From NCBI RefSeq assembly GCF_006345805.1, contig NC_042998.1:60140001-60204000 (forward strand): a stretch of DNA of 64,000 nucleotides, written 5' to 3'. Below the pieces are notes generated by a model. That model made no database searches and had not been told where the DNA came from. It saw only the letters and a list, made by a program, of their open reading frames with translations. Positions 1-13,300 of this stretch are shown here, piece after piece (position 1 is the first letter of the stretch; each line of letters opens with the position of its first letter). The DNA is from Octopus sinensis. Taxonomy: Eukaryota. Both the position numbers and the translations under genes were made by a program.

Positions 1-219
1 TTGCTGAAACTAGTTGGTATTTATGTAAATAAATCTATCTGAAAACAACTACACGATTTGGAAATTTGGATGCAGTTTCAAACCCCAAAAACAAATTCCC
101 GTATTTTTTTTCCTTCGTGGGAATACACTTCTTCTTTCCATATATATATATATGCGTTCTTGTCCCATTTTTGTATTTTTTATATATAAAATATAGCGGT
201 GTACGTACACTTTGGCCTA

Positions 220-253
<34 letters not shown>

Positions 254-254
254 A

Positions 255-290
<36 letters not shown>

Positions 291-492
291 GTGTGTGCGT
301 GTGTGTGTGTATATGTATGAGTGTATAGTTACTATGCTTCACGTAAACTATTGCTTCAAAGCCTACTGCAAGCAGTACTCATTTCTTCCAACCAGAAACT
401 TCCGGTACCAATATTATCTAATTATTTGACTAAAAACTAAAGCGAAATACAACAGTGTATGTGCTTTAATTTAATTTGCATCATAATTACCC

Positions 493-493
493 T

Positions 494-567
<74 letters not shown>

Positions 568-689
568 GATATAAGGTACTCAGAATGCTGGACGGTTTTG
601 TATTTACAGATGTTTATTAATATGTCACATGTATTTATAAATATATATTAGCGCCTGCATCTACTCTAGAAGAATCCACTATATATATA

Positions 690-739
<50 letters not shown>

Positions 740-802
740 GTATATATATATATGATATGTATATATATGTATATATATATTATATATATATTATATATAT
801 AT

Positions 803-833
<31 letters not shown>

Positions 834-861
834 GTATATGCATATATATATATGATATGTA

Positions 862-897
<36 letters not shown>

Positions 898-925
898 TGT
901 ATGTATGTATGTATGTATGTATGCA
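493..925. repeat. Compound microsatellite block: (TA)n arrays and (TATG)n at ~871-925
   Basis: Directly visible simple repeats. They explain the YIYI/VCMY ORFs in the track. Confidence 0.95.
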
Positions 926-1178
926 TGTATGTAAGTATATATATAAATGTATGTGCATATTTTCAATGTGTTCAAATAACACGGAAAAAATAAATAAATA
1001 TTTACCAGGTAGCAAAAATTCACATAATTGCCAAGGATATTACAGCCTATTTATAAAGGTAGAAATTCCAGGGTTAAGTGAAAAGTTTTTGTATATCATG
1101 AATAAATTAAGAAATGGAGTTAAATGCAGGTGTTAACATATGCGTTTGATGTTAACACCTATTTCTTAATTTATCCAT

Positions 1179-1218
<40 letters not shown>

Positions 1219-1219
<1 letters not shown>

Positions 1220-1845
1220 AACTGAGAATGTGTGTCTGTCTGTGTGTCTGTGTGAATCCCTAAAACTTGAGAACTACACAACCAATTTCATTCAAATTTT
1301 ACACATGTGGCGTCATGGGCAAAAGAATTTCTAACTTCTTGCCTAGGGCGAGCCCACAGCGATATCATATATTCTCCATTATTTCAGTATTACGTATTAA
1401 AAGTGAAACAAAAATATCCCTCTATTGTAATGTCAGATACTTTCACTTTAATACTGAAACTATTAAAGTCAAACTATTATATAAGAGGGATGAACCATTA
1501 ACAGTGGACATACATTTTGCTAGAAGATGCGTTATGGTCTTATATGCTACACAACTGGTTTTCAATTCATTTTAATCAAATTTATATTCAATTTCTCACC
1601 CTTATTATATTTAATTTAAATTTAAACCCAGGATCATGTGTTTTGGAACGAAGTTTATTACCACACAGCCACACCTGAACCTATGTATGTGTGTGTGTGT
1701 GTGAGTGTGTATAGCTGTATATGTATACATTTATTTCTATACATATAGATGTATATGTATACATATATATGTGTAGATTTATATATATATATATATAGAT
1801 GTACATGTAATATATACACATATATATTCACATATATACATGCAT
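1219..1845 (+). mobile_element. Truncated non-autonomous Helitron-like copy, same family as 56240-57286
   Basis: 1219-1455 aligns with 56257-56510 (aactgagaatgtgtgtctgtc...aactacacaaccaatttcattcaaattttacacatg...). 1795-1843 aligns with ~57197-57245 (tagatgtacatgtaatat.tacacatatatat.cacatatatacatgca). No 5' TC or 3' hairpin/CTAG found in this copy. Confidence 0.65.
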
Positions 1846-1880
1846 ACACGTATACACCCATACACACACACACACCTACA

Positions 1881-2215
1881 TAGGTGCAGGTGTGGCTGTG
1901 TGGTAACAAACTTCGATCCAAAATACATGGTCCTGGGTTCAGTCCCACTGTGTGGTGACTTGGCATGTGTCTTCTGCTATAGCCTCAGACCAATCAGTGC
2001 ATTTTGTAGACAGAAACTGAAAGAAATCAATCGTATATATGTGTATGTATATATGTAAGTCTGTGTGCATGTCTTTGTGTTTCACCCTCATCACTGCCTC
2101 GCAACTGCTGTTCGTTTATTTACATCCCCATAACTTACTGGTTTCACAAGAAGAAACTCATAGAATAAGTACCAGGCTTATCAAAATAAAAAAAAATCCA
2201 CTAGGCAGTATCTCA
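1881..2215 (+). mobile_element. tRNA-derived SINE (family with ggcgcagg.gtggctgtgtggtaagaagcttgcttccc head)
   Basis: Head gtgcaggtgtggctgtgtggtaa...gggttcagtcccactg and body shared with at least 7 other copies in the window. Its 3' half is tandemly duplicated at ~2319-2500. Confidence 0.8.
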
Positions 2216-2262
2216 TATTTTTGTTTGCCCACACACTTTATCTTTGTGTGTGAGTGTATACT

Positions 2263-2295
<33 letters not shown>

Positions 2296-2777
2296 TGATT
2301 TCGTAGAGAGAGACTTAAAGAAATCAATCGTATATATATGTATGTATATATTTAAGTTTATGTGTGTGACTTTGTTTCTGTGTTTCACCCTCATCACTGC
2401 TTCACAACTGCTGTTCGTTTATTTACACTCCCATAACTTACTGGTTTCACGAGAAGAAACTAATAGAATAAGTACCAGGCTTATCAACATAAAAAAACAC
2501 TACGCTGTGACCCATATATATATGTATATGTATGTATGCATGTAAATACGTATGTACGTATTATGTATATACCCGTACACACACACTCTCACAAATAAAC
2601 ACAACTACGTTTGTGTGCGTGTTTGTGTGTGCTGCACGAAAACAATTGCATCAGAAGTTCTTGTAACCCATCTCCATTTCCTCCAATCACATTCGATCTC
2701 GTGCCTCTTCATATATTTTTGTCACTCTTTCTGACCATCACTAATTAACTACGTTCCTAGCTAAATATCTACCTCTG

Positions 2778-3036
<259 letters not shown>

Positions 3037-4613
3037 CGTGTACGTATAGTCCCCAACAAAAAATATCCTCATTGCTGGGGTATGTATCTTCTTACGCCTG
3101 CCTGATCAGGTCAAGTGTTCTCATCAAAACATTGACTGCGATATTGGAAAAAATCACAAATGTTCATTTAACCATGCATATCTACTTCTTAAGTCGAGAC
3201 GGTCACAGCTAGAAAGTCTTTGATCCTTTTGTGTGTGCGTGCAACTGAGCGTGCAACACGAAAAACAGTTGCATCTGCGTGTCTGTTTCGTCCTCTCACT
3301 CTCACTCCTTTTCTCTCTGTCACCTTATTTGTGTGCTTCTCTCTCTCTCTTTCTTATCTCTTTTTCTGTATCTCTCTTACTCTCTCTCTTTCTCTATCAC
3401 ACACACGCACGAACACACACTCACACACACACACAACACACACACACACACAACCGTCTGCGTGCTGTCTATTCGATCAACTAACGTGCTATGAAAACAT
3501 TGTAAACGCAAGTGGAGAAGCACACAAACGCTTCCACACTACAAACCAATCTCCATACATACATACACACACACATACATACATAGCATACATACATGCA
3601 TACATTATGACGTCATCTATCCATCGACATATGCGTCTATTTGTCACTATCTATATGCGTATCATACAGCATATTTTCCCACCTATTTCTCTATCTTTTC
3701 GTCATTCTATTTCTCTCACACATAGCCCTTCCTGAAAAATGAATTCTTATTATCACAAATATATTCCATTAGGATACGTGTTTTTATCAAGGCATGAATG
3801 GAAAATTCATAAATTTCACATTCATTCTATGCCTAGATATTCACTAAATAACAATCTATGTATCAACTTTGTTATTCCGTTTACACTTAACCGTACTAAT
3901 AACCAATAGTTAGAAGTCCGGCATTAAGGAATCGTGAATTGCTCCGGCCCCTTATATACACCAGAAAGTCAGTAAACAGCGTAATAGATAAATGACAAAA
4001 GAGTCGGTGTTAGGCGATCACTTATTCTATCAAGAACTCTGTACCGAGTGTTAAGAGACAGTACGACATCTTATAGCTTCCTTTGCTTATAAATCTCTCT
4101 ACCAATTATTGTATCTTTCTTTGTACTAGTCTGCCTTAATTCGGTCTCTTTGGTAAATAGTAGTCTATCTATTTCGCTAATTATTCTATATTAAGATTAA
4201 ACCTGTTCACACTAATCTGCACATGAAATACCTTTATTAACTGAGAGCAAACGCTTTATTTTAAGACAATATTATAGATGATTAACACAGTGTGTTTCTA
4301 GCTCTGGTACCTAATTTTATAAAACATATTTGAGTGCACGCCAATATAATAAGACGATTAAAAATCGAATAACATCCAGCGAAAGTTACATAAGTTACCT
4401 TCATATCTAACGCTAAATCCCTTAATAAACATAATTCTGAAACATATAATTCTAAAACATTAATGTATCCCGTTCCAGAATTCTAAAGAGAATTTGGAAG
4501 TTGAAACGTTACTAAACCACTCTAATCTAAGGCAATGGTTCCTAACACTTTTATTTAAATGAGTTTTCCCACGGACTCCTTTTAATATGCTTATCCTCAT
4601 GTGTGTATATATC

Positions 4614-4668
<55 letters not shown>

Positions 4669-4682
4669 TTGTGTCTAACGAA

Positions 4683-4725
<43 letters not shown>

Positions 4726-4792
4726 CATATATGTATATATATATATATATATTATATATATATAATATATATATATAATATATATATATAAT

Positions 4793-4842
<50 letters not shown>

Positions 4843-4978
4843 TTTGTTCACGCACCCCCAGTACTACCTTGGTGCTATAAAGCAACAGCAGATGTTTCTC
4901 GGAATTTCGCTTGTGTACCAATAGTCATTTATCTTCTTCAACTCAGACTACATTTAACCCTACAAATACTTCATTCGT

Positions 4979-5029
<51 letters not shown>

Positions 5030-5589
5030 GAAAATAAAGGAGAACACATCATTTTATAAAATATTTGTTTCTTTAAGATATTAATTCTTTTGTCAACGTG
5101 GTTAAATAAAATATTAAATTTAGTTCACGTCAAAGAATTGTACACCTGGATTCTGAATTTCTATTATATATCTGATGAAATAAGTTTTGCATTTTTCTGA
5201 TAACGTTTCATATTGATTTCGTTAGATTTTTTTTTTTTTGCCATTTTGTTTTTATGTTGTGTTCCTTTTAATGCAAGAATGTTATATTATCTTTATTATT
5301 CATGATGTGATAAATATATGAAAATCTATGCTTTCTTTAAACTACGTAAATCTTTGCAAATATACATAAAACTGTTCAAACATATTCAACATTACCAAAC
5401 ATGCATTATTATTATAAATATCATTATTTTATTGTTGTTATATGAAAATTCACAGCTTATTTTGCTAGATGATGTCGAAAGTGTCGGCTGACCACAGCCA
5501 GCAGATTAAAGTGATATTTGTTTATGGGACCATTATTATTATCATCATCACTATTATTATTGTTATTGTTACTGTTGTTGTTGTTATTG

Positions 5590-5683
<94 letters not shown>

Positions 5684-5686
5684 CAT

Positions 5687-8600
5687 TCAGTAGTTTTATT
5701 TTTATAACGTGCTTTCACTTCACTACCGAGCGCAGCTCTGTGTACCTTGGGTATGTGCTATGATTTTTTGTGATGCTCTGATGGTTACTGTATTGAAAGT
5801 GTTTTGCGTAGGATGTGTGCAGTGCACAGTAGCGCAATTTTCCGCATGTTATATATATTTGTAAGTCCTTGTGTATTTGTTATGTATTTGTCTGAATATT
5901 TTTCTATAATACCTAATGCGCCTTCTGTGATAGGAATTGTTTCTGTTTTTAGATTCCACATACGAGTTACCTCTATTTCCAGGTCTTTGTATTTTGAAAT
6001 TTTCTCCATTTCTTTAAGAGACACGTTGTCATCTGCTGGTATTGATACATCAATTAGAAAGCTTTTTTTTCTTCATGATCTCTGACAACTATATCTGGCC
6101 TATTGACTTTAATTTCTCATTCTGTGTATTGGCATAACCCAGAGTATGGTTGCTTTCTCGTTTTCTGTGACCTTTTCTGGTGTGTCTATGCCATAATTTT
6201 TTCTGTTGTTATACCATAGTGTTGGCATGGCTTCCAGTGTATGTAGGTCCCAACTCCTTTCATGTCTATGAATATATTCCTTCTTAGCCATGCTGAGCAA
6301 CCAGAGATAATACGATTTATTGTTTTTTGTCCATCTCCACATATTCCTGAAGTTACTTGTTATGTTTCTTTTCATTATATGTTTTTGGTAATTTCTAGTG
6401 GGGAGGATTTGGTCATGTGCTGCAATTAAAAATCCTTCTGTCTCTGCTTAGAGTCCTAAGCTTCTCAACCATTGCTGAGATTTTTCTTTGTCTATTTCTT
6501 TTGCATTTAGTTTAGTCCAGTATTTGCCAAGAAGGGGCTTTTCTTGCCATCAGTTTATCATGGTCCGTTGCTGTTCTAGTTTAGTTTGGATTTCATTTAT
6601 TTTATAGCTTTTGTTTTTTCTTCTTCTTCTTCTTCTACTCCTCCTTCTTCTTCTTCTTCTTCTTCTTCTTCTTCTTCTTCTTCTTCTTCTTCTTCTTCTT
6701 CTTCTTCTTCTTCTTCTTCTTCTTCTTCATATTTGTTAGGTAGTATGATTTCTTGTTTGTATTTGTCAGCTTCCTTAAATACTGAGAACAGTTTTTTGTT
6801 TTGCTCGTGTTTTGCGCTATTTGTATCAGTTTTCCTTCCTTCTGGAGTAGGTATTTTTGCAGTCCTATGGTGGTTATTTTATAATAGTTTTCCAGCTGTA
6901 TAAGACCTCTACCACCTTCTATTCGTTGTATATATAGCCTTTTTATGTCAGATTTTGGGTGCTGCATCCTAGATCCAGTCATTATTTTTCTTGTTTTCCT
7001 GTCTATTTTGGTTAGTTCATTTAGTGTCCAGTTAAGGATATTGTAGCTGTAACTTATAACTGGGACGGCTAAAGTGCTAATACCTATTAACTTGTTTTTA
7101 GCATTGAGCTCTGTTTTTAGTATTGATCTAACTCGTCTATAGTATTCTTTCTTTATTTTCTCTTTCATTTGTGTGTGTTGTATCATATCTAGTTAATGGA
7201 TTCCTAAATATTTGTATGCTTGGCTTTGGTCTAATTCTCTTATTTCATTGGCTTTATCTTGTGTGATGTTGCTACTCTTAACTAATTTTCCTCTTTTCAA
7301 GTTTGCTTTGGCACATTTTTCTAATCCAAATTTCATAGCTATTTCTTTGGTAAATTCATATACTATCTGTAGTAGTGTTTCCAGCTGTTTGTCATTTGTA
7401 GCGTATAGTTTTAGGTCATCCATGCATAAAAGGTGGCTAATTGTTTTGCCGTAACATTTGTATTCTCATCCAGTTCTATTTAGCATATCAGATAGAGGTG
7501 TCAGTGCCAAGCAGAAAAGGAGTGGAGAGAGCCTATCTCCCTGGAATATTCCTCTTCTAATGGGGATGGCTTTGGTTTTCACGAGTCCTTCTTTTGTTTG
7601 GGCCTGTAGCACTGTCTGCCATTTATTCATAGTGTCATATGTATTTTATAATTATTGGTGTTACCTTGTTAATGGCTAGTGTCTCGATGATCCACGTGTG
7701 AGGAATGCTATCAAAAGCCTTTCGGTAGTCGATCCAGGCCATACTGAGGCCTTTTTTCTTTCTGCGGCTGTCTTCAGTTATGGCTTTATTGATCATTAGT
7801 TGATCTTTACAACCATATGAGCCCTTGCAGCATCCCTTCTGTTCTTCTGGAAACAGATTGTTTTCTTCCAGATGCTTGTTCAATCTTTGCGATATTACTG
7901 CAGTAAAGGCTTTGTACATTGTAGGGAGACAGGTTATAGGTCTGTAGTTTTATGGTTTTGCCGCTTCATTGGATTTGGGAATTAGGATGGTTTTCCCTTT
8001 CGTGAGCCATTCAGATATTGTCTCTGGCTCTGTTAGTATGTCGTTAAAGTTATCAGCCAGCTTTTTGTGTATGCCTGTCAGATATTTTAACCAGAAGTTG
8101 GGGATCTTGTCGTGCTCAGGTGCCTTCCAGTTGCTTAGTCTTTGCAGTGCCTGGGTAACCTCTTCAGTTGTTATATGGGCCCAGAGTTGCTCAGGTGCTA
8201 AGTTTGTTGTTTTAATAGTCCTTTTCTGTGGTTGTTCATTCGCCGAACATATTTCCAAAATTCTTCCAATTCTTCTGCCGTTGGTACTGCAGTGGTGTCT
8301 ATTTTATTTTTGCCATGTTCTTGGTAGAACTTTTCGGGGTTGAAGTTGAACTGTTTGTTTTGTTCAAAGAAACGTTGGTGTTTCTCATACCGGCAGATCC
8401 TTGGTGCTTTGGCAAGGATATCTTACTTTAGCTTTTCTTTTATCTCAGGTAAATCTTTTTCTGTGATGTATTCGCAAAGTATTTTTGTTTCCTTCTTGTT
8501 GCTTAGTAGCGTTGATTGTCTACTAATTTCATTAAGAATCGACAGATCTTTTCTCTTTTTTTTTTGTATTTTTACTTTTGATGTTATTTAACCACAGGGT

Positions 8601-9160
8601 TGGTTTGGGTGGTGGTACTCCTGTTTGGATGGGTTTGAGTGAGTATCCAGCTTTTTCTGTGGTTGCAGTGGCTGCTACATATATTATGTCATTTAGCTCA
8701 GTGGTATTGCCATTTGTTTCTGCGGCTATCAGTTCCGTGACGGCCAGGTTTATGCTATTTATTATTGATGTTCTTTTATTGTCTATTTTGATTTTTGGGA
8801 GGTATGGTCGGTGGTCCATTCTGAGATCTGTGGTTTTCAGTTCTTTGATTATTCTCATTTTCATAGTATCATAATCATTAGGTTCCCCTTCGTTGTTTCC
8901 AGGTTTTAGATTTGTTTTGCTTTCCTTCTCATACATATGTTTGTCTGTGGTGTTCTGGTTTGGTGCTTTTTGTTCATTATTATACATCCCTACGGTCTGG
9001 GTTGTTGTGTTTTGTGTACTTCGTTTTTGTTGGAAATGTTACGTCTGACTTCCTCTTTTACTATCTCAGTGTTTATATTATTTGGCATTGCTGTGTGGCT
9101 TGTAACCACATTTTCATAATGTATTTTCCTTTTTTTAATTTTTTTATTTGTTATTTTTAT
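5687..9160 (-). mobile_element. 5'-truncated, decayed R4/Dong-like non-LTR retrotransposon (RT + CCHC + restriction-like endonuclease), family 1
   Basis: Minus-strand fragments: AWIDYRKAFDSIPH, GIFQGD.LSPLLF, CMDD (from YMDD), C-terminal KEMEKISKYKDLEIEVTRMW...GALG, plus the 3' UTR ending actactga. Flanked on both sides by (TAT)n (5590-5683, 9165-9235). Many stops and frameshifts. Confidence 0.9.
6618..6728 (-). repeat. (GAA)n microsatellite inside the LINE coding region
   Basis: (TTC)n on the plus strand, interrupted by actcctcct. Same position as the (GAA)n tract in the related copy at 62335-62463. Confidence 0.95.
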
Positions 9161-9179
9161 TTTTAAATTATTATTATTG

Positions 9180-9215
<36 letters not shown>

Positions 9216-9369
9216 TATTATTATTATTATTGGTGTTGTTCATATTGTTGTTCAATAAAGTTCAGTTCAAACACTTGTATAGTTTCTTATTGTTATAATT
9301 GCCGTTACTATTGTTGGAAATGTTATATTTATTATTAGTAATGTTTGTTGGTGAACCGAACCCCTCAGT

Positions 9370-9413
<44 letters not shown>

Positions 9414-10394
9414 AATATACATATATATATATATAATATATATATATATATATTATATATATATATATTATATATATATATATTATATATATATATATAT
9501 ATGTACATATATATATATGTATATATGTACATATATATATACATATAAATATATATATACTAGCAGAATTGCCCGGCGTTGCTCGGGGCTGAATTGCTTG
9601 AAAGTACTGTTAATGATTGCACTGAATTATGATGATTATTCAGGCAAATATTGATATAAGTTCACGGCGAATGAATGTATTTGTAAGTGTATAGAAAGCC
9701 ATGTAAAGGTGTTCCTACCCCCTCGTAGAATGGTGTAAGAATTGAATGTGAGGTTGCCTTGAAAAGAGCCATGTTATTGTTCTCATAATTGTAAGAATTT
9801 GATAGTCGTGGAAGGCGATGTAAAACGTTCGCAGGTGAATAGGGTCTCTTCGTTTTGCACGAACGGCAGCGGATGTGCTGTTACAAAACTTGATGCTGTG
9901 TTAAAAGAGAGTGGATTTCATATGTAGGCAAGAGAGGAATGAAGCATGGGTAAGTAAATATGTGTAATTTATAAAATATAGAACAATAGCATCTACTCAC
10001 CATATGTCAGACCGGCAAGACTGTAGTGGTGCTGATTAGGTGAATCACAATACAGTGGTGGAGATGTTTTCATTGATGGGCGTTAAATTTGTTGTTGTAT
10101 AAAATGATCTGTTGATTAGTTTCGAAAGTGTATGTTGCGATCGTGTTGTCGCTCATGTAAACTTTAACAATGAGAGTGTAGATGTAGGGGGTAGATGTGT
10201 CATGTACGTTGGATATAGAAGATGAGGCTGGTGGTTTGATGATGAATGGATAGAAATAGAGTTGAGCGAAGGACAGGTGTTGGTTAAGTGTGAATTAATG
10301 TAATGAAACGCCTAGAAATGTAAATGCCGTCATAAAAGAGAGTCGTATGTAAGTGAAATACTAACGTGTTTGAAAATGATGAAACGTAGTAATC

Positions 10395-13300
10395 CTATAA
10401 AACCTCCTTGTACACAATGTTTTTTGTTTTTCGTTGTGGAAGGAATGCGAAAGCATCACTGTTGCTGCCGACACGCGAGCAGCCAACATAAAGCTGACCA
10501 TGAGAGAAACATGGCTCTCCCAAATGTATTCCTGCCACAGACAGTGTTTGACCCTGCGCTTTGTTAATTGACATTGCGAAACATGGCCTTACTGGGAACT
10601 GGGACCTCCGAAATATGAAAGGTAGGTCTGCTCCTGATGGGAAAAGATGCATTCTAGGTATGAACACAACGTTGCCTCGACCGCACCCTGTGATAATGGT
10701 GGCCTCAATCAGATTGGGAGATAAGGACTTAACGATCAAACGTGTGCCATTACATTGTTTTGGGGGAACCAAATTTCTGATGAGCATTATAGGGGCACCA
10801 ACTTTAAGTTTGAGAATGTGTGGTGGTAGTCCGGGGGGCTCAAAGGAATTGAGTACCTCTATTGGATAATTGATGACGTCGTCTGGGTCAGGAGTTGTAT
10901 CAATAGACTTATATACATAGACATCCCCAGGAATGAGTTTTAGCATTTCATCATTAATATGGTGAACAGTTTTATTCCTCGGGGCCAGAATAGCCCTTTG
11001 GCCAATCCAATCCATATTCTGATAATTAGCTTGTAGATCTGGGAACACTGCATCTCTGAGATCAGAAGGCGTGTTAACAATGGTACAAATGGAATCGATG
11101 GCAATATTATCATTTTCATCCCCTGGTATTTTGCCTTCGCCAAGTGCAAGGAGGGTGTGAGAAAATGCTGCTGATGTGATATCACGTCGCATATGAGCAC
11201 GCATATTGGTGTGAAGTTTGAGAGTCTTCACCAGTGGCCACAATGTGGATGACTTAAGACACGCACTTACAGCATCAGCTCTAGTCCCTTTGGGAATAAC
11301 GGGAAGTGTTTGTCGGAAATCCCCTGAAAGAAGAAGTGTTATGCCTCCCATGGGAGCTGAAGAGTGTTTGATGTCTCTGAGAGATCTATCTAGTGCCTCA
11401 AGAGCACCTCTGTGGGCCATCGTGCATTCATCCCAAACGATAAGCTTGCATCGTCTGAAGACTTCTGCCTGATCGGAGCTGTTACTGATGTTGCAAGTTG
11501 GTGTCTCAGTCTTCGCTAAGTCAAGTGGGAGTTTGAAAGTAGAGTGAGCTGTCCTGCCGCCTGGCAACAAAGTAGCCGCAATTCCAGATGATGCCACAGC
11601 TAGGGCAATGCCTTGTGTTCGCCTAATCTCAGCCAATATTAATTTGTTGACAGAAGTTTTCCCAGTGCCCCCAGGAGCGTCCAGGAAAAAATGTCCCCAG
11701 CTTTGGCCCGGACTGAATTAACAACGGAGTTGTAAGCGAACTTCTGTTCTGGAATGAGCTTTGGCTCATTGTCGGCTATGTGCTCGGCAAGCTCGTCAAC
11801 ATTAAAACATGTCTCACGCAGCAAATGTGAAGACAGAGTGTTTGTGCCTTCCCGGTTTGTTGAAGGTAGGCCATAGACCGGCAAGGCACTACCGCCCATA
11901 TCGAGTACAGTATCTTCGATTTCAAGCAGCGCCCTGTTGTAAATGAGGTCAGTGTACCCGACCTCCATTGATGGATGTAGCGATTGAGCGCGATGCAGGA
12001 AATCTTCAGACATATCATCTTTGTAGGTAAGCCATAAAGAGGCGGGATTAGCCAAGTCACACCTTAGTAATAGAATAGCGAAAAGCGATCTGATTTTTTT
12101 ACGAGATTTTAATGAAACACCTTCTGCCATAGTGGGGCCCCATTGTGAATCATCCTCCAAAAGTCGACGCCGAAAACAGGCTTCACGGAAAGTATCACGT
12201 AATACACCATCAACAGTTCTGATGTCTTGAAAACTTTGTGGGCCTAAAACCTCATGGAGGAGAAGGCGCAGGTGAAAACAGTCATGTTGGTTTGGAGGTA
12301 CAGTGTAGACTCTTCCTAGACAACTGTTAAACTTGACACCAGGATGTCCTTCAACATCCTGACCCGACTTCCTACGCACCCAATTGTTGTTTGACCACAC
12401 GTAGTAGGACGGGACCTGAGGGTATAAAAGTGTTTTAGCAAATGTGTCAAGTTGGCAAAGCCTAAAGAAACCGGTCAAAGTTGTTTGTTTTGGATTTCCC
12501 GCCAAATCAGCTGCAGTCTGTTCAGTAAAGTAAGTTCGTTGGCCATTTTCCAAATGAACCGCTAGTTGTATGATGGCGGGGTGCCTTTGGTGAAGTGGAA
12601 ACCCGAATATCCGCCAAAAAGCTTCACCACTGCTTATGTACCGACCTGCCATGTACTGTGACACCTCGTCCATGCTATTGTCCTTTTGAAGGTCAAACAT
12701 GGCAGCGTCAGAACCCTTGTTAACATATTTACATATATACTTTATAGACTTGACTGAATGACAGAATTCCACATTTATGTGAGCGTTAAAAGTTTTCATC
12801 AGAAATGGACAGTACGGCACTACCCACCTATTATCCACTTGATGACCCCGTAACGTTATAGTGAATCCACCATTGTCAGGGTGCCTTCTTCTGTACAGTG
12901 GGTATCCGTTGCGGCCGTCTGGGTCTCGTCCACGAACCTCTTTGGGTACCGTTTAGTGCACACGTGGTCTTTGTGGCATGAGGAGAACTTTTGAAAACCA
13001 GGACCGCACGGACCGCACGGACCGTGTACCATGTGTGCCTTCACAATGTCGTACAGCTGCCGGTCAACAGTTGGGTCCGGAATTTCTGCTGCAATGAGAT
13101 CATCAAGAACTGTTGGGTCTATTTTGTTGACCAACCAAAGCAAAATGTGCGCGTGTGGCAACCCTATACATGTGGCAGTTAACAGGCCCAAAAACCTGGC
13201 CGTTTTTTATTAAAAGAATAAGCTTAGCCAGTTTCTGCCTGAAAACCCTTGCAATAATATCATGGCGATGACAGTACTGCTGCCCTGGGAGAAGTTCTCG

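Noticed and set aside
1104-1172. Imperfect hairpin (aaattaagaaat...aggtgttaacat / atgttaacacct...atttcttaattt)
   Set aside because: AT-rich and interrupted, with no second copy or context supporting a function. Probably a MITE relic.
10561-13213. Plus-strand ORFs overlapping Helitron A, and similar antisense ORFs over the LINEs
   Set aside because: Antisense or alternate-frame shadows of TE coding sequence with no recognisable motifs.
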